Shown: positions 38,696 to 49,100 of the stretch, one piece after another
Layout: each line of letters starts with the position of its first letter
Position numbering within the stretch: the first letter of the stretch is position 1
From: Orbicella franksi
Taxonomy: Eukaryota
Direction: 5' to 3'
Length of the DNA: 64,000 nucleotides
Assembly: GCA_964199315.1 (NCBI GenBank)
Contig: OZ116699.1
Coordinates: forward strand, 37,200,001-37,264,000
Notes under the pieces: model-generated
Told to the model about the DNA's origin: nothing
The model's input: the letters and a program-made list of their open reading frames with translations, nothing else
Databases searched by the model: none
Position numbers and translations under genes: made by a program

Positions 38696-41199
38696 GTTAG
38701 CTCTCTTTGTTCAAGAACGGGATCCTTCATTCACTCGTTCCTCTAAGCTAGTTGATCACATTCTTATGCAACCGTATGATACAACTGACGCATTATGGTT
38801 GGTCAGTTCATATTTATGAACAGACACAATTTCTTATTTTAAGAGCACATTTACCAAGGCAAGTGAAATCTCCCCTCAAGTCGTCAAAATTAATATGTCC
38901 CTTCCTAGATCCATCAACTAAACGTATTTGACCAATTTGGTTTCTAAACTCTGCCACATTCCACAATCTTCTTCGCATACGTTCACGGCAATAGTCAGCG
39001 TAAGCCACGCGTTGTACTTTGCCATTCACAAGTAGTTCAGCTCGAATATTTTCCCCGTCACATCCACCACCAAGCAAAAAGTCCATGTTTGAGCCTTTGA
39101 TACGGAACTCTGGTGACATCAGGGTACCAATAGGGTAATCACCCTCCATGTAGCCAGCTTCGGCGGTGGGACTGGACCTGTTTTCAAATGTTCCTATCCA
39201 CCAATCACCTTGCACGTTAGTTTTGATGTTCGGGTCGCGTTCGTTAACATTGTCTCTGAAGGTTGGTTGGTTATCGAAAGCGTGACCAGTTCTTCTCCAT
39301 TTGGATAGCGTCTTCATGCCATTCTCAAAATCAAAATATTTACAGTTGCCTAAGAATTCAACAAGACAATATCAGATTATGTAAACTGATTCAAGATACT
39401 GCGATGACCTCGCTTCAAGCTCGTTCTGTCCTCTTGTTAAAATTGGCTTTTACCGTCACAACAGGTTAAGGAATTTGACATTTTAAACCTAATTAAAATG
39501 TTTCAGCTTTTCATTCTTATCAGCCCAGGGCATCCCTCACTGGAAAAAAATATGAGCGCTTTATAAATGGGGTCAGGAGGAGTTATCGGTGTAGCTCTCC
39601 AGCGTGCGAGCCTAGTGACTCATCAGGCCGTTTCCTTAGCATAAATATTTCCATCACTAGGAGTTTACTATTGGAGAGTGATAATAAAATATGTATTTCA
39701 CTGTACTCCTAGATGGGATAATAGTCCATCGCAGGTTACTTCTCAACATTATCTCAGGTTGCCTCAGCAACGCGCCGGTACCCATTTATACAGCAGGTCG
39801 TTGAGAGAGGGATTGTAAGAAATGAGTATCTTGCCTCAAGTCGCGTGCGGGCCCTGAACGCATAATCCGGAGTTCCCGCACATGAGGCCAACGGACCCCC
39901 CGTATTCCGTCAAAACCTGAATTTTTTTTCGAGAATTGTTTTCAGTTATAATTTATATGATCATTAGAAATTTTACAGGAACGTAATTAACTTGTCAGGG
40001 TTGGTCTTGAAAATAATTCAACCTCTTCTCGGATTTTGTTGACTGAAAAGCTCAAATAGTCCGCTAACGCGCTCCCTAGGAAATGCTCAAGCGCGAGAAT
40101 TTCCTTGGTTCGACTTACTAGTCTCCAACTTTCAAACTGATCTAATATATTCTCGTTATCAATATGGTCGTTCGTTTAAGTTTTCTATTTCCGACATTTA
40201 AAAATTTCAGTTATCTTACCCACTTTAAAATAACTCTACTTTCTATTGTTTTGGCCAGGATTCATATTTGTGCTTTACCCCGTTTTAAATTATCACGGGC
40301 TTTTCACCATGAAATATAACCCGTTGCAGACCGACATTCAATTGAGCATAATGACACGCTTGGAACATCACTTTGAATCAAAACCAGCCTAAATTAAGAA
40401 TAACATTGAAGTAGATTGTTTGTGGGTGATATCACGAATAAACACCCACCTTGCACGGAAACCAAAAACTCTGCAGACGCCAAAAGGAACGCCAGACAGA
40501 CCGCAGAGGTCCATGGAAATGATCTATATCAAAAAAATGCGAGATATCTATATTAATCAGAGCTTAACTGAAAAAAATTAAGCCTACCCTCGATTAGTAA
40601 TTCCTCTTTTATTTTCCACCGTTTTGATATTCAGTTAAAATAAAAGCGCAATATTAAGATCTAACCGGATAGCTTTTCCTTTTCATGTTAGCAACACTGT
40701 TTACTAGAATATTTATTTCCCGCGCTATGACAGAAAATCAAAACCATCTAAAAGCCACTACTTATTCTAACTTGTATTATCAGGTAGCAATTTAACCATT
40801 ATCCACTTCTATACTACCAAACCAACTGTATATACCTTAAAACAATTCAACTTGTGACTTGTTTTTAAAATAACTTGTTCTTTTTATAGCCGCAAGCCTT
40901 GTTTAAAACCTTATAGTTTAGTCTAGCCCTTGACAAGCCTGTCGGCCCAATTACGGCCCATTTATTTATGACTTTGACAAAACAACCAACCCACCTTAAG
41001 GCCATATCGCTGCGGCGTGATCGCATTGTTAACAACGCATTACATAAAAAAGTCCTTCACATTGAATATTTCACCTGTTTTTTTTAAAAGCGGGGTGTTT
41101 ATCTCGGTTTTAGAGGTGGAGACAAAATTCGTGGTCCAACCGACTAATTGACGCCGATCTTCAGACGATACACGGAAAGCATTTTTACCACCTGTCCAT
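23710..41199 (-). CDS. Gene C: secreted protein of about 527 aa; signal peptide + CBM38/GH32-accessory-like beta domain + K/P/A-rich linker + SEA-like domain + two minicollagen-type CRDs
   Basis: Exons: 41199-41192 (MDR, tentative), 40523-40450 ([25 protein letters not shown]), 39349-38855, 37260-37165, 26472-26260, 25830-25724 ([23 protein letters not shown]), 25189-25131 ([19 protein letters not shown]), 24350-24235, 24125-23710. Phases are compatible throughout. The SEA exons have the same 1-0/0-2/2-1 phases as gene B and an identical 59-nt middle exon. The join across the 10.7-kb intron (37164-26473) is inferred. Confidence 0.7.
25393..25664. mobile_element. 272-bp MITE, TTAA-bounded
   Basis: TTAATCCCCCTATATAGACC .. 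GGTCTATATGGGGGATTAA inverted termini. Confidence 0.75.
26570..29910. repeat. Old intronic tandem duplication of about 0.7 kb, second copy interrupted by about 2 kb of insertions
   Basis: 26570-26815 matches 27280-27540 and 26920-27270 matches 29540-29910 (e.g. ATTGTCATTTA.TTGTTTATTCTTTGAGAAATG, GACTGAGCAAACTTTGCA). Confidence 0.75.
28140..28530. repeat. 80-bp minisatellite, 5 copies
   Basis: ATATTCTGC recurs at 28221, 28301, 28381 and 28461; units are near-identical with no unique spacers. Confidence 0.9.
29913..30069. mobile_element. Palindromic MITE (relative at about 62432-62585)
   Basis: AATAGACCAATTTCGATATATTAAAATTC .. GAATTTTAATATATCAAAATTTGTCTATT inverted termini. Confidence 0.7.
32616..33520. 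repeat. Long imperfect palindrome with arms of about 440 bp
   Basis: Innermost pair CAAGTGACTTTGA (33046-33058) / TCAAAGTCACTTG (33073-33085) with a 14-nt loop; pairing traceable out to TAACAGATG / CATCTGTTA. Confidence 0.9.
33616..33788. mobile_element. Tc1/mariner-type MITE nested in the CACTG element
   Basis: TA|CAGTGAAAC .. GTTCCACTG|TA. Confidence 0.65.
35702..35985. repeat. 114-bp tandem repeat, about 2.5 copies
   Basis: TCAGTATTCAA at 35702, 35816 and 35930. Confidence 0.9.
36958..37120. mobile_element. 163-bp MITE with 9-bp target duplication (Mutator-like TSD length)
   Basis: TAGCCTGC..GCAGGCTA termini flanked by ACACAAACT at 36949-36957 and 37121-37129. Confidence 0.8.
38215..38395 (-). 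mobile_element. tRNA-derived SINE fragment
   Basis: GGGATTCGAACCCGTGACCTCC..CTCTACCAGCTGAGCTA is the reverse complement of tRNA A/B boxes, followed by non-tRNA body sequence. Confidence 0.65.
38855..39349 (-). CDS. Single 495-nt exon encoding a domain resembling the accessory (CBM38-like) module of bacterial GH32 fructanases; part of gene C
   Basis: [31 protein letters not shown]....[36 protein letters not shown]; phase 1-1, with acceptor ttcttag and donor G|GTAAAT. Confidence 0.75.
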
Positions 41200-41611
41200 G
41201 GTTCTGGTGTTGTATTGTATGGTCTTCTGCGTGAAAAATTCACCAGTGATCTGTGTGATCAGTGGCGTGTATATTAGCAGCCTGGAAGTCAAAACAAGGA
41301 CAATCTCTGAAACGAATCAAAGTCACCTTCTTGACTCCTCCAGTGAGGTTGCTAATAACTCTTTCTTATTACCTTTTGGTGATACGAATTTAATTTGGGA
41401 CGGGATATAAAATGCTTGAAAAAATTATCAATCGATTCCGCGATGTTCTAAATATTTGCTAAAGCGGTTCAATATTTGGTCTTTGCATAATAGATTTTCA
41501 CGCCGATCAAGCAATGATCTATGATACTGAGATTCCATAAGCTGTTACTTTTCGCGACCTTTCTGGGGAGGATTTAGAACGTGACATAATAATCCAACTC
41601 AGCACATTAGT

Positions 41612-42495
41612 CCTAAAGCCCTGGCCAAACGGACTCGCAAGAAGAAGCAAGTTGAAAACCTGGGTCTACTTGCGACTCCGTTTGGCCAGGACTTGCGTGC
41701 ACTTGCATTGACCTGCGATGACTTGCGCTCACTTTGGTCGAGATCAAATTTGCACGCAAGTCACTGACGCAAGTTTTTCACCGTTTGGACACCCAACCCA
41801 AGACAACGCAAGTTGAGTAACGCCCATTAAGCCCTGGCCAAACGAGGGCTCTACGCAAAGTTCAACGTAAACAGACTCTACGCAAGTTCAACTTGCGGCT
41901 ACTTGTCATTACTTGCGAGTACGTCTGGCCAGGACTTAAAAACCCATTTCAAGTCAGAAATATCTTGTGTTTCATTGGCTAGTAATAGGTTAATGGACGT
42001 CTTTCAACTTGCGTTGGCCTGGGTTGAGTGGCCAAACGGTGAAAAACTTGCTTCGACCTGCGTGCAAATTTGATCGCGACCAAAGTGAGCCCAAGTCGCG
42101 CAATTCAAAGCAAGTGCACGCAAAGATTGGCCACACGCAGGCTCGCAAGTAGACCCAAGTTTTCAACTTACGTCTACTTGGGAGTCCGTTTGACCAGGGT
42201 TGAACGCGTGTAATTTTTTTGCGTATTTTATTAGGTGAAAAGAGGCGAAAGCGAGACGAGTGCGAAGCGCGAGTTGCGCGCGAGGGGAACAGCGTAAAAC
42301 AAATAACGCGTGATGTCAGGAGCCATAATCGGGTCCCCGACTATGGATGTTTTTTCGCGCTCTTCCCCTCGCGCTCGCCTCGCGCTCGCCTCCGCTTCCT
42401 AAAACACGCAAAAGAATTACGCCTATTCTGCAGGCTACAAGTCTCTATGCAAGTTCAACTTGTGGTTACTTGCGATCCCGTTTGGCCAGGGCTAA
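41612..42495. mobile_element. Cluster of nested or rearranged MITEs
   Basis: Repeated AAGCCCTGGCCAAACG and its reverse complement CCGTTTGGCCAGGG at about 41615, 41680, 41830, 41925, 42185 and 42478. Confidence 0.65.
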
Positions 42496-43029
42496 GTGAT
42501 CACCATGCCATGCTCGGGGAAACAATAAACCATGGTCGCCAGTTCCTTAGGCAAGCCAAGAGCGATAGCCGCAGCAACAGATCTAGACAATTTCGAAAAC
42601 CGGGGGTAAATTTATTTTTTGACTAGGTGATGTACTTACCAGTCCGTCACGAAACGGAGCTTTTCGACCGAAGGAATTTGAAAATGTCGGCTTTGAGGCA
42701 TTGATCCCCTGATAAAAACACTGCATTCCACGAGACTGTTTTCAAAGATGTTTTTCTTGGTTTATGGTGGAACAAGGCACGAAAAACTTGTAAGTATCAA
42801 TCGGTTTTACTTAACTTTCTCATCTTTTGTATTTTGGTTTTCCATTTTGCTTTATTCAGCGGATTCTGTATTACGGTTTCAGTGAATCGCTCGTTCGTGT
42901 AATAAAGGTTAAAGTTCAGCGAATCTCAAATATTTCTCCTTGTTGCCGCCTTTTGGTAGTGAACATTGGGTTCCTACAGCACGCATAAGGACAATTTCCG
43001 CATGTTTCGTCTTTCGTTCATAATTCAAA

Positions 43030-43121
43030 GGGGATTTCCCCGTGGGGTCAGTTCCTGGGGACTCTCCCCAGGGACCTTCCCCCTACAGCTGAAACCGAAA
43101 GGTACGACTGCGTTTCGTTTC
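43030..43121 (+). promoter_or_regulatory. Three NF-kB-type sites plus ISRE/IRF motifs immediately upstream of ApoL-like gene 1
   Basis: GGGGATTTCCCC (43030-43041), GGGGACTCTCCCC (43057-43069), GGGACCTTCC (43071-43080), GAAACCGAAAG (43091-43101), TTTCGTTTC (43113-43121); ATG at 43189. Confidence 0.6.
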
Positions 43122-43188
43122 AGTGGAGCCATGATACACGAGTTCTCGAGGTGCTAAACTGTGTATCTAGGCTACGCTTTCAGTTGCA

Positions 43189-46100
43189 ATGTCGGCATTC
43201 CTGTACACTTTGTTGTGGTTAATCTTTGGACTCCCAGTAATGGTAGTGATCGCATTCTACGTCTTTAGAAATCGTATCTTCGTCGAAGGTTAGTGGGCAT
43301 CAAACTGTTATATGTAAAGCTTAAACTTAAGTTTCATTTAGTATTCAAAAAATTATTCTCCAAAGAGAATGAACTAAATAATGTTGCTTAACAACGAAAG
43401 TAGCGGATCGAAACATTTATGTTACTATCCACAATATGAACTGGGTGTTTTGTCAGCTTCAGCAATATTATGTCTGTATTTGCAGTTCACGTTTCAAAAC
43501 ACTTTTGTACTCGAATCACCTCCCCTTCAAGTGGAAGTGGAAAAACCCGTTCACTGCAAAGTATGTCACTTTTAAGGTCGGTGTAAAGATACAGCAACTC
43601 CATTTCTCTCTTAGCTAGCTCACGCTGTTGTACATGTTTGAACAAAAGGCGTACTGACCTTTCGCACTTATGATCAGAGCCTCAGGGGTTTGGGGGAACA
43701 AGGGAACATGGTCCTTTGTTTCAAGGGAACAAAGGATAATTATTTTGGGGATTAATTTGAGGGAACAACGGATTTATGCTGGTTATTGTTGATGTAAAAA
43801 GCTTGTTTTGTCCCCCATACTGTGTTGTGATATTTCAGGGGTTTTACATGAAGAGCCAACCAGTTTCATTCGTAATGACATACAAAAAAAATGAACACTT
43901 ATCATTCCAGAGGTGAATATAAGAATTGGACATTCTGATTGGTCGAAAAGCGCAGCATATAACGCTATATTCACTCCCCTAGTGCTTGGTTACTAAGCTC
44001 ATAACCTTTGCCCATCTCGGGAAGTAAACATGGCCGACAGATTCTGAATGAAATTTTCATTTATGCAAAAGACATCTTCCCAAGTCCAGGATATTTGAAA
44101 GGATGGAGACTTTTCAACTTGCATTGACTGCTGTCACCCTTGGACCCACAATCTTTTCAAGAACTCGTATTCAAGGCATTCAAGAATTATAAACACAGTG
44201 GTTATTTTGATTGCCAGGAGGTCAGATCAGTTGACCAAAATTTATTTTTCTTCAAACTAAAGCTACTCGTTTTTAGATGATGATGACAATTGTGAATGAA
44301 GTTAACAACGGTAAAACAAAGGTACTGGATGAATTTATTTTTCGTAGTGTTTCGCTCGTTCGTTTTACTGCTGAACTCAATAGGTAAATTAATTCACAAT
44401 TGATGTACATGTAAGCTTATTATTAAACTACGGCTGCATATGCATCTGTGTTTTTATGTTTTAGTGCTTTATTTTGCAGTCTTTGATATTCATCTCTGAA
44501 AATTATACTGAAACAATTATTCGCCTCAGGCTCAGTGAACATTGGTGAATATTCACCAATGTTCACTTCGCCTTTGGCCAATAATCGTTAAATATTTCCC
44601 TATCTTGCCTTATATGACTGAGAACAATACAGGAAAGCTGCTTTATCTTCTATACTTGGCAATGATTCACACAGCGTAAGGTCCGCGATGTTAAACTTCA
44701 AGTACCCTTGCAAGATTGTGAATGTTAGTTCAAATAAAATCAGCCTTTTTGGGTCACACAACTATTTAACTGCATATGTTTGGGACAGTTCATGCAAAAC
44801 CCGCTGATACTTCACAGGAATTTTGAAGAAATAGTAACACGCTCAATATTGTGGTTGTTTTTTATGTCAGGTCTGCAACAGATATTTTTTGCCCTATTTC
44901 GCTTGTAGGAATCAGTCAACTGGAAAAATTGTATAGCCCAGTTAACATGTCAGTACGCACAAACATGTTCATAAATGGAAAACTGGACAACTCCCTTTTA
45001 TCCTTTGTCTGTGCTAAATTAGTTTCAAAATTGAATCTGAATGTAACAACTCTGCAACTGTGGAATTGCCCTTCAACGTGTCTTTCTTTCATTTGTGGTT
45101 TCCAGTCTCCAGTTTTCAGATTCCGGATTCCAGTTTCCAGATTCTGTGTTTTAGGGTTGCCCACTTTAAAAAATGGAAGTCATAAAAATATTGTAGCTAT
45201 AGTGGGTATCAGCAAACACTGATAAAATTTAATGTTATCATTGAAAGCCACAAAAATATGCAACTTCTATCATTTACAATATCACCAAAGTATCTCTACA
45301 TCTGTAAGGCCAGTAATGTTTCTTTCCATTTTAAACGTTAAATTATGATTTGAAATCAAACTAGATTGTTTAATTTTCTCAAATATTTCTGAAGTTTTAC
45401 TATGAGCCAATTACTCGGGTAAAAGTTCTCAGTTCTAAATTCAATTACCCCACTACATTTAGTAGCTTCCATCAAATTGCTAGCAGAATATTCCCCAGAA
45501 TGTGATCTCTTTGAGCTATCAAAGATTCACGAATGAATGTCTCCAGAATTCTTTTGTTAGATATTTTCAATTTCAATGAAGAGTGACTTCTAAATGGTGC
45601 TTTGTGTTACTTTTATAAGATTTAATCTTGTTTTCTTGGTATATCAAGTCTGAACTTATGGTGAATATGCTATTTATTTTTCTATATGTTTATTAAAATT
45701 CTAATATGGCTCCAAGGCTTACTCTGATGACTAAAAATTGATTTTGAGGTTTGAATAAACAATTTCTTCTGTTTTAGTCCCTCCAGGTGTAAACCTGGGG
45801 GCAATTTTAGAATTTTAATCATTGTGAGAGACCCAGTGGCAGTGATTACGGTTGAGGCACAATGAACTTGAAGTAAACCCTGCAGAAATTTAGTGGTGAA
45901 AGTTTTCAAGATTGACTAGAGGAGCCCCTCAGAACTTCACACCATTTCCAAACAACTGTGAATGCTGGCTGACAGGTGATCAAGCAGAAAAAACCTTTGT
46001 ATTTTTGTGCCCAATCGGCAAACAGTATCTATATGGAGTCACTTTTGTGTGTTCCTCCATGGCTATTTGTGTCAGCCATAACTTCCTTTTTGCATTCTCA

Positions 46101-49100
46101 CAATGAAAACTTTCATTTTAATTTACTTCAGAGCCAAAAGCCAAAACAAGTCAGGTCATTGTGGATGTCAGCAAGAAAGATAATCCTAGATCCACCAGGA
46201 AATTGTTTGCTTTGAGCAATCAAGGGTATTGCAAATACTGACTTGTTTATCAGCAAGTTGATTTTAGCTTTGTCCAATCATGATTTTGATTTTATTGAGT
46301 GCAATTTTTCTACACAACGTGCATAATTTATTTGATGTGTGGCTTATAGCAAAGTCAACCGAGTATTCAACCAAAACCATCCAGTGAAAACTGTATACAT
46401 AGTGATGCTTGTAAAACGACAATCTGTGTTACTCAACCCTTAAGACGCTGCCAAAAATATAGTCTGCACTTACATGTAACTCCCTTTTCTATAGCATGAA
46501 AAGACTACGTAGGACTACATATTTCCCACCGGATGGGATTTTTACAAAGGGTGACACCCGGTATTTTATATGTAACATATCAACAAAGAAATGTGAAATT
46601 TAATAATTGTAATGTTGATCTGAACAGTAAATATTGCACTTTGCATCTGTCATTGTGAAGAAAAAGTTTAAAAAAAGTTTAAAATATGACCATAGTTCTT
46701 TATGTGCCAGATAACATCTTTGAGATTATTCTTTGTGTAGACACTTAACTCTGTCACTAAAATACAGCAGGTTTAATCAAGCTACTAGAGCTGAAAATGG
46801 TTAGTGAATGTTCATCATGAAACAACCAATAGATACTTTTGAAGGGTTATTTTCAGTTGCTGGCAGAATCATGCCTGTGAAGCAATCCCAGGAGAAACTG
46901 ATGGAGGGACTTCATTTCACAGTGAGGTCTGAAACTCCACCTGCCAGAGAGAAAGCAACCCCAAATCATGGGGGGTACTCCCTATAATGGTCTATACAGT
47001 GAGCTCCACCCAAAACGGTTACCTTTTTCAGGCTTCAGGTATATAAAAGGGAAGAGATTTCACGAGTTGAGGTACATGACATGGAAATCTCTCATTTTAT
47101 TAAATCATTTTAAAGGTGCTTAAATTAAAATATTTCCAACAGACACACATTATGGCTGTACCATTTCATTTATTAGGTACTACATGAAAGTGACTAGAAG
47201 ACTTGCTTTTTTGGCAATTTATTCATAATATGGGCCAGTTATGAAAGTATGTGAAAGGGGTAGCTTCTTTCAATTAAAGGTATACAAAAGGGGTATTTTT
47301 TCTGTCAATTATTATACAAAAGTGTAAGGGGTTGGACCTCAGGGCGGAGCCTGCCCATATAGAACTTTGCAGAGTATCCTGCCCCCTGACCCCAAAATAA
47401 TTAAGTCACCAACAAAATGATATATTTGTAGATGTGGTAGCTTGTCCAAAATTATGAAATACAGGCATTTTCCTCTAATGTGGACACCAAAGAGATGGAG
47501 CTTAGTGTCTGTTGTGGAGGTGTTTGAATTAGAGGTAGAGACATGAGTTCTGGTTTCTGTTGGACCAAGTACATTAGGGGTGGGCCGGTCAACAGGTGCA
47601 TTGGATCTGGTAAAGTTCACAAATTCTACCTTACATCAAATAATAAAATTAAATTAAATTGGCTATTGCCAACAGGTGGTGAACTAGTTGTTTAGAGGTG
47701 AACAACCCAATGACAAATAAGCCCAGCAAGTCAAACAACTCATCTTTTCCTGCTAAAAAAAATTGTAGAAATTATCAGAAGTCTTGTGGTCTGATATTTG
47801 ATGCACATTTATTTTACTTTGAATTAAATTTATACTAGCTAATTAGGGTGCATTGCAGATCATTGCATGTTAACTTGGTGATTCAGGCTTGAAAGATGTT
47901 TCTATCTTGAATTTGTTGTTATTTAACAAGTTGACGTCAGTTTTTTATGCATCTGTCCTCTTGTTGATGATAAATTGCATCATAACATTGTCAAAGTGGC
48001 CATGGAACCACGAGCCGCAGGCAAGTGGTTCCACTGTAAACTTTGACAATGTTATGATGAAATTTATCATCAATAAGAGGACAGACGCATATAAAAATGA
48101 CATCAATTTGTTTTTTACAATAACAAGACCCCAAAATGGTCAAATGCAGGGAATAAATGAGGGGGAAAGATGCTGCAGACTTGCCATAAACAAAGATAAG
48201 TGAATTTTATTCAAAATTACACGTGCATTGTCAATAGCTTTTCTTGCTTTTTGATTGGCTACTTTAAAAAGTCCCTAAAAATTTCATTTGTTAAAAAGTT
48301 GATAGTTTGACAGCTGAAAGTTGAACTTGAAAGCTTGCCTAAATTATGATTTTATCCGTCTGTACTCTTGTTGATGATAAAAATGAGCCAATCAGCATGC
48401 GAGAAATTAGACAGTTATTGTAAAAACTGTGTTTGCCCCTGGAGTCAATCAATTTCTTATGAAAGTACAAGAATATGTTATGATAGAAAGGCACTCAGTT
48501 GTACGTAATGGCAAATATAATTATACATTGTACATGGTTTTATGTATCTGTCTGAGCAATTTCGCGAAAACATGCCTACCTAAGGCTCTTTCTTGGACTC
48601 AGGGGGCTCAGGAGCCCAGCTGACCACCTTAAATGTAGGGGAGCTTCTGTTAAGGCCCAAAAGAGGAGATGGTCAAGGGAGCAGTCCAAAACGGGGGGGA
48701 GGGTGTCTTCTTGTAACACACACAGGCATTCACTTCAAGCTATTGATGTAACTTTTCATTGCTAAATATCATTAATTTTGACTGTTTCGCTGGGCACTTT
48801 ACCCAGTTGTGAAACGCTGTTTGAGGAATCTATGCTGAGACAGTACACTGCTTACTAGAGGAACCTGTCCTGTTGATGGATGACAGGCCAATCTCCTCCC
48901 AGTGGGGTGGTCAAGGAACTTGAGGTCTTAAGTTCTTGCAGGCATGTTTTATAAAATACAGTCAGCTATATGTGCCTTGAGAGGTTTCTATCTACTTCGC
49001 TCAGCCAGCCGCTTACTTTGAATGGAACAGAGAAGAAAAAAATTGAACGAAAAAATGTTTCTAAAGTTATGCATGCAGACATCTCGTCTTAAAATTTACA

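Noticed and set aside
43486-43560. 75-nt symmetric exon candidate with SGSGKT in the ApoL1 intron
   Set aside because: Splice sites are plausible, but there is no homology support and an isolated P-loop-like word is expected by chance; left out of the model.
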